DNA of 28,914 nt, taken from the IMG/VR virus record IMGVR_UViG_3300011209_000023. One strand, written 5' to 3'. Positions 25,133 to 28,914 of this stretch are shown piece by piece. The notes beneath the pieces are model-generated. The model was not told where the DNA came from. It saw only the letters and a program-made list of their open reading frames with translations, and did not search any database. Every line of letters begins with the position of its first letter. Within the stretch, counting starts at the first letter, position 1. This DNA is from an uncultured virus (IMG/VR IMGVR_UViG_3300011209_000023) (Duplodnaviria; Heunggongvirae; Uroviricota; Caudoviricetes). The translations under genes were made by a program, and so were the position numbers.

Positions 25133-25594
25133 TCACTTCTTTTTGCGTGCAAATAACGTGATAATTGCCGCAATCTCTTCTTCACGCGCAGCCAAGTGGC
25201 GGCGGTGATGCACCATGATTTCTTCAGCTTCATGTCTTTCGATTACCCCATCCTCAAGTGCCTGTTCGATAATCTGATCAACCTGTCCTCTGGCGGCAGA
25301 GGTACGCATTGCCCGGCTGAACAAGTCCACGCGATCCAGCTCTTCCAGGTGCGGAACATCCACCAGCAGAGCACCACGGCGGCGAGCGAAGTAATCAGCC
25401 AGTAACGACGTGTTGGAAATGTCTTCCATCGCTTCCAGCTCGCTGACTTCGAAGAAACGACAGCCGTTTTTCTCGTAAAGATTGTTGTTAAACTGCGTCA
25501 CCGTCATTCCCAGTGCGCCAGCCATTGCTTCGCGCCCACCTGGATATGCTTTGCACATCGCTTTGACGGCTTCTTTGAGGTTTGGCTCTACCAT
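25133..25594 (-). CDS. ymfL: YmfL-family regulatory protein (CII position)
   Basis: YPGGREAMAGALGMTVTQFNNNLYEKNGCRFF motif; follows cro. Confidence 0.8.
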   Translation of the reverse strand: MVEPNLKEAVKAMCKAYPGGREAMAGALGMTVTQFNNNLYEKNGCRFFEVSELEAMEDISNTSLLADYFARRRGALLVDVPHLEELDRVDLFSRAMRTSAARGQVDQIIEQALEDGVIERHEAEEIMVHHRRHLAAREEEIAAIITLFARKKK

Positions 25595-25628
25595 CTTGAT
25601 TTACCTTTTGTAGTTATCGAATAACCGC

Positions 25629-25871
25629 TTAAGCAGTACGATTATTTGCACTTGGTACGTCATCTGTTTGATAGCGACTTGGGTACAAAATGTGTAATTC
25701 GCTTATTTCTCCTCTAAAGAACTTGGCTAATCTCTCCGCCAGTTCGACAGATGGGACTTGCTCGCATCTTTCAATGCGGCTCAACGTTGCAGGATCTACC
25801 TGTACCCCGGTTGCAACGTGCAATAAGGTCATGCCATGCGATTTTCGCAATTTTCTTAATGGTGATTGCAT
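25629..25871 (-). CDS. cro: Cro-like HTH regulator
   Basis: XRE HTH (VQVDPATLSRIER), divergent from cI, AGGAGG RBS. Confidence 0.88.
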   Translation of the reverse strand: MQSPLRKLRKSHGMTLLHVATGVQVDPATLSRIERCEQVPSVELAERLAKFFRGEISELHILYPSRYQTDDVPSANNRTA

Positions 25872-25885
25872 AACGCCTCCTATTT

Positions 25886-25962
25886 TTGCGTATTACGCAT
25901 GTTATTCCACGCTAGCGAATTGCGCAAGTTGCTTTGCACGAAACGCAAAAACAACATGTAAT
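25886..25962. promoter_or_regulatory. OR region: three 15-bp operators with pR and pRM
   Basis: TTGCGTATTACGCAT (25886), TAGCGAATTGCGCAA (25913), TTGCACGAAACGCAA (25934); pR on minus TTGCGC-17-TAACAT; pRM on plus TTGCAC-17-TGTAAT. Confidence 0.8.
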
Positions 25963-25968
25963 GAGTGA

Positions 25969-26664
25969 ATGAAAATAGGATCTCGCATACGACAACTTCG
26001 CTTAGCGAAGAACATTAAAATCGCAGAGCTTGCAGAAGCTGTGGGCGTTGATGCTGCCAATATTTCCAGGCTTGAAACTGGTAAACAAAAGCAGTTTTCA
26101 GAACAGACACTTAACCGACTTGCTCAAGCTTTAAGCGTAAGTGTACCTGACCTATTTACCTCTGACGAAAATGATACTACTGTACATATAAACAGTGAAA
26201 AATATGCATCTCCCGTAAAGGATGTGGATGTATACAGAGTCGAGGTACTTGATGTGAGCGCAAGCGCCGGGGCAGGACATATACACGGTAGTGACGTCAT
26301 AGATGTCATTCATGCTATCGAGTTCAGCAATGATCAGGCATTGGCAATGTTTGGTGGCAGGACTCCATCTGGAGTAAAGGTCATCAACGTTCGCGGTGAT
26401 AGCATGGCCTCAACGATTGAGCCTGGCGACCTAATCTTTGTGGACGTAACTATCAATGAGTTCGATGGGGATGGGATTTACGTCTTTGGTTTTGATGGAA
26501 AAGTTTATGTTAAACGCCTGCAGATGATACCAGACCAACTGCTAGTCATCTCTGATAACCCTCGTTATAGAGAATGGAATATAACTAAAGAGAATGAACA
26601 CAGATTCTATATCTATGGAAAGGTTTTAATAAGCCAGTCTCAGTCCTTTAAACGGCATGGATAG
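25969..26664 (+). CDS. cI: CI repressor, XRE HTH plus S24 autopeptidase
   Basis: N-terminal HTH; Ala-Gly site (SASAG); catalytic Ser in VRGDSM and Lys in VYVKRL. Confidence 0.95.
   Translation: MKIGSRIRQLRLAKNIKIAELAEAVGVDAANISRLETGKQKQFSEQTLNRLAQALSVSVPDLFTSDENDTTVHINSEKYASPVKDVDVYRVEVLDVSASAGAGHIHGSDVIDVIHAIEFSNDQALAMFGGRTPSGVKVINVRGDSMASTIEPGDLIFVDVTINEFDGDGIYVFGFDGKVYVKRLQMIPDQLLVISDNPRYREWNITKENEHRFYIYGKVLISQSQSFKRHG
26155..26197 (+). promoter_or_regulatory. LexA (SOS) box with overlapping sigma70 promoter inside cI
   Basis: TACTGTACATATAAACAGTG (26178-26197) matches TACTGTATATATATACAGTA at 17/20; TTTACC(26155)-17-TACTGT(26178). Confidence 0.75.
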
Positions 26665-26682
26665 CATTCATCATCATAAACT

Positions 26683-26707
26683 AGGCCTCATTCGAGGCCT
26701 TTTTTTT
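26683..26707 (+). terminator. Terminator after cI
   Basis: AGGCCTC-ATTC-GAGGCCT followed by a T run. Confidence 0.88.
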
Positions 26708-26717
26708 CGCCCTAAAT

Positions 26718-26768
26718 TTGCGTTTTACGCACATAGCTATTGCGTTACTCGCAATTTATGATTATCTT
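26718..26768 (+). promoter_or_regulatory. OL operators and pL
   Basis: TTGCGTTTTACGCAC (26718) and TTGCGTTACTCGCAA (26740) match the OR palindromes; TTGCGT(26740)-17-TATCTT(26763). Confidence 0.8.
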
Positions 26769-26965
26769 CTACTCGTCGGCACATGACGAAACTTACGGAC
26801 AAGGATGAACAGAACACAACATGGAAGAGCATTCCCCTTCTTTCCGGTGGGGATCGGTTTGTAACTGAAGGAGTGCGCTTCCAGTTGTGACGTGTACAAG
26901 CGTACCGCAGCGCCGGTCGACGCAATTTTTAATCCACCCGATAACGGTTTCTTGAGGGTAAACAC

Positions 26966-27325
26966 ATGTCTTCATGTTACGCAGTAGTTTTAAACGGTAA
27001 TACCGAAATTAAATACTTCCCGTTCCACGACTCACGTAGCGCTGACGATGCTGAAGCTATGGCGGATGAGTGGCGCTACAAGGCGATCGACGCTATTGGA
27101 GCGGAAGAGTCTTCTCGCTTCCACTTGCGCGTAGTTCGCCCAAAGGTCGTTTTTCAGCTTCCATCCGGAGCCGTGGTGGAGTGTGACCTTGATGACGTAG
27201 ACATCAACCCGCGAGCCTGCGCCGACCTTGATTACCACCTCTGCGCATTCGGGTTCAATCGTGGTCTTGACTATTGCGGTAACTGGGACTTAGACGGCGC
27301 TGAAATTATCGAATACATCGCATAA
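26966..27325 (+). CDS. Hypothetical acidic protein, first gene of the pL operon
   Basis: 119 aa, GAGGG RBS; family not recognised; no Arg-rich N-like motif. Confidence 0.75.
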   Translation: MSSCYAVVLNGNTEIKYFPFHDSRSADDAEAMADEWRYKAIDAIGAEESSRFHLRVVRPKVVFQLPSGAVVECDLDDVDINPRACADLDYHLCAFGFNRGLDYCGNWDLDGAEIIEYIA

Positions 27326-27533
27326 CGGCTTATTTGGCGGCTATCCAGTCTTCCACCAGCCAAACAGGAGGAAGAGGATAATGTTCTGATGGGTAACCGC
27401 CCTTTTTACACAAGACACGAGAGCACTACCGAGTGACGGGCCCATAACCCAATCCGCTCGGGCTGATGCAGCAGCTGGTGTTCTCCTGTGTTGTGTGGAG
27501 ATAACTAACTAATCCTTTGCAGAGGAAACAGAA

Positions 27534-28451
27534 ATGAAATTATCAAAGTTACGTAACGCCATTGTCTATCGGGCTACTTTGCCCAGTATTGAAGCGGTTG
27601 AAGGGCACCTGCAGGAATTGCCATACTCTGAACTTACAGAAACGGAGTTCGCGCGGGCTTCCTTCGTCCCTAACCCGATTACCGGTGAGCTGGTTACGCC
27701 AATTACTGGCGGTTATGCAATCGTGGTTCGCCGCGATGAAAAAATAATCCCCCAGCACGTCGTGATGAAAGAAGCAAATGAGCGTATCCAGCGCATCGAA
27801 AATGCGTGTGGTCAGAAATTGAAGCGCGCTGACCGTAACAACATTATCCAGGATGCTAAGGTTCAGCTATGCAAACAGGCATTCATCAAGTCGTCTCTGA
27901 TCCTGGTCCTGTATAACACTGAAGAAAATCTGCTGATCATTAATTCCGCCAATAAAAATATTGCCAATTTAGTCGGGGCGATGCTGGTTAAAGTGATCGG
28001 CTCAGTCAAAACAGTCACGATCAACATCAGTAATATCAAAAACGGCCTGACAACGCGCCTTAAAAACCATCTGGATGGCGAAGAATCAGCCTTTGCCGGG
28101 TTTGAGGTCGGTGATTATGTCCAGCTATCCCGCCTGGCAGAACAGAAAGAAGTTATTCGCTACTCTGCGGAACACACTTCCGTTACCAGGGAAATTCTGG
28201 AGAGCCTGAACACAGGTTTTATCGTCGATAACATGGAATTAAGAGGCTGTGGCGTCTCTTTTCTGCTTACAGATAAGTTCCATTTCCGGCGGATCGATAC
28301 CAAGGATAATGATTATTCTGATGATGACGACAAAGCCTACCGCTGGCGTCACCAGGCAGGTACGGACATGTTCCAGTTCTGTAAAGTAATTAACCAGCTT
28401 TGTGATCTGCTCGCCTACAAAGAGCCCGAAGAACAAAAACCAGCAGCCTGA
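27534..28451 (+). CDS. rdgC: Phage RdgC-like recombination-associated protein
   Basis: 305 aa; NAIVYR N-terminus, RRDEKIIPQHVV and VSFLLTDKFHFRRI motifs typical of RdgC; GAGGA RBS. Confidence 0.85.
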   Translation: MKLSKLRNAIVYRATLPSIEAVEGHLQELPYSELTETEFARASFVPNPITGELVTPITGGYAIVVRRDEKIIPQHVVMKEANERIQRIENACGQKLKRADRNNIIQDAKVQLCKQAFIKSSLILVLYNTEENLLIINSANKNIANLVGAMLVKVIGSVKTVTINISNIKNGLTTRLKNHLDGEESAFAGFEVGDYVQLSRLAEQKEVIRYSAEHTSVTREILESLNTGFIVDNMELRGCGVSFLLTDKFHFRRIDTKDNDYSDDDDKAYRWRHQAGTDMFQFCKVINQLCDLLAYKEPEEQKPAA

Positions 28452-28540
28452 TTAGAACAGCAGCAATTACCCCATTCTCATGGGTTGGGTTGCTGCACCC
28501 TAAATTTACGCGTTGCAGCGCGTCAGATGGAGAACAAAAG

Positions 28541-28840
28541 ATGGCTAAGACAGCAAAACAACTGATTAAACAGGCGTACGAAATAGCCAAAACTATGCCA
28601 CCAGAACATGCAGCAATAATCAAGGAACTGGCTACCGTCCTCGATGTTTCGAATGTAGCTCTGCGCCAGACGCGCACCGAACGTGACGCCCTTCTCGCAG
28701 AGGTCAAATCCTGGGCGAAGGAGTGTGATCGTATTACTGAGCGATATACCAAGAAGCGCATAAATCTGCATGTCCTCGAAGCAATGCGCGATTTGAAAGC
28801 AATTTCCCCCACCAGCTTCCGTAACGTGGAGGCTCTCTGA
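28541..28840 (+). CDS. Hypothetical early protein (coiled coil)
   Basis: Start moved to ATG 28541 after GGAG; 99 aa; TGATG coupling to the next gene. Confidence 0.75.
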   Translation: MAKTAKQLIKQAYEIAKTMPPEHAAIIKELATVLDVSNVALRQTRTERDALLAEVKSWAKECDRITERYTKKRINLHVLEAMRDLKAISPTSFRNVEAL

Positions 28841-28914
28841 TGGCTAAAGACTCAAAGCTGGTATATGGCGCGAGTGGCAAAACGAACGTTTTGACGTTCG
28901 AACCTGAAAACCTG
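28840..28914 (+). CDS. 5' fragment of the next early gene (possibly ParB-like)
   Basis: GGAGG RBS; MAKDSKLVYGASGKTNVLTFEPENL open to the edge; family guess from recall only. Confidence 0.6.
   Translation, partial: MAKDSKLVYGASGKTNVLTFEPENL

Larger units (their letters stand above)
1..28914. mobile_element. Lambdoid prophage (HK97-like head, long non-contractile tail, SfV/e14-like immunity and replication region), partial
   Basis: Contiguous syntenic tail, head, packaging, lysis, late-control, replication and immunity modules; both window edges fall inside phage genes. Confidence 0.97.

Overview
The whole window is the interior of a lambdoid siphovirus prophage, probably from Klebsiella or a related enterobacterium (inference); no att site or integrase is in view. 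The minus strand carries, right to left: cro, ymfL-, ymfM- and DUF4222-like genes, a replication initiator with internal iterons, dam, rusA, DUF968 and a DUF1133/Q-like antiterminator. These are followed by pR', tRNA-Thr(UGU) and an accessory/ncRNA-rich late leader, a five-gene lysis cassette, HNH, a cos site, an HK97-type head module and a long non-contractile tail module that runs off the left edge. The plus strand carries a LexA-like CI repressor and the start of the pL operon (hypothetical, rdgC, hypothetical, ParB-like). The most notable signals are: (1) a near-consensus LexA box overlapping a sigma70 promoter inside cI, followed by an in-frame RBS+GTG that would give an HTH-less CI fragment; (2) a convergent overlapping gene pair in the late leader laid out like a defence/self-immunity module; (3) two convergent candidate ncRNA genes, each with a predicted promoter and terminator; (4) Fur-box-like repeats beside cos; and (5) a KilA-N cassette with a pseudoknot-capable leader, bracketed by a duplicated tail-chaperone 3' end. 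Family names come from recalled motifs and synteny, not from database searches.
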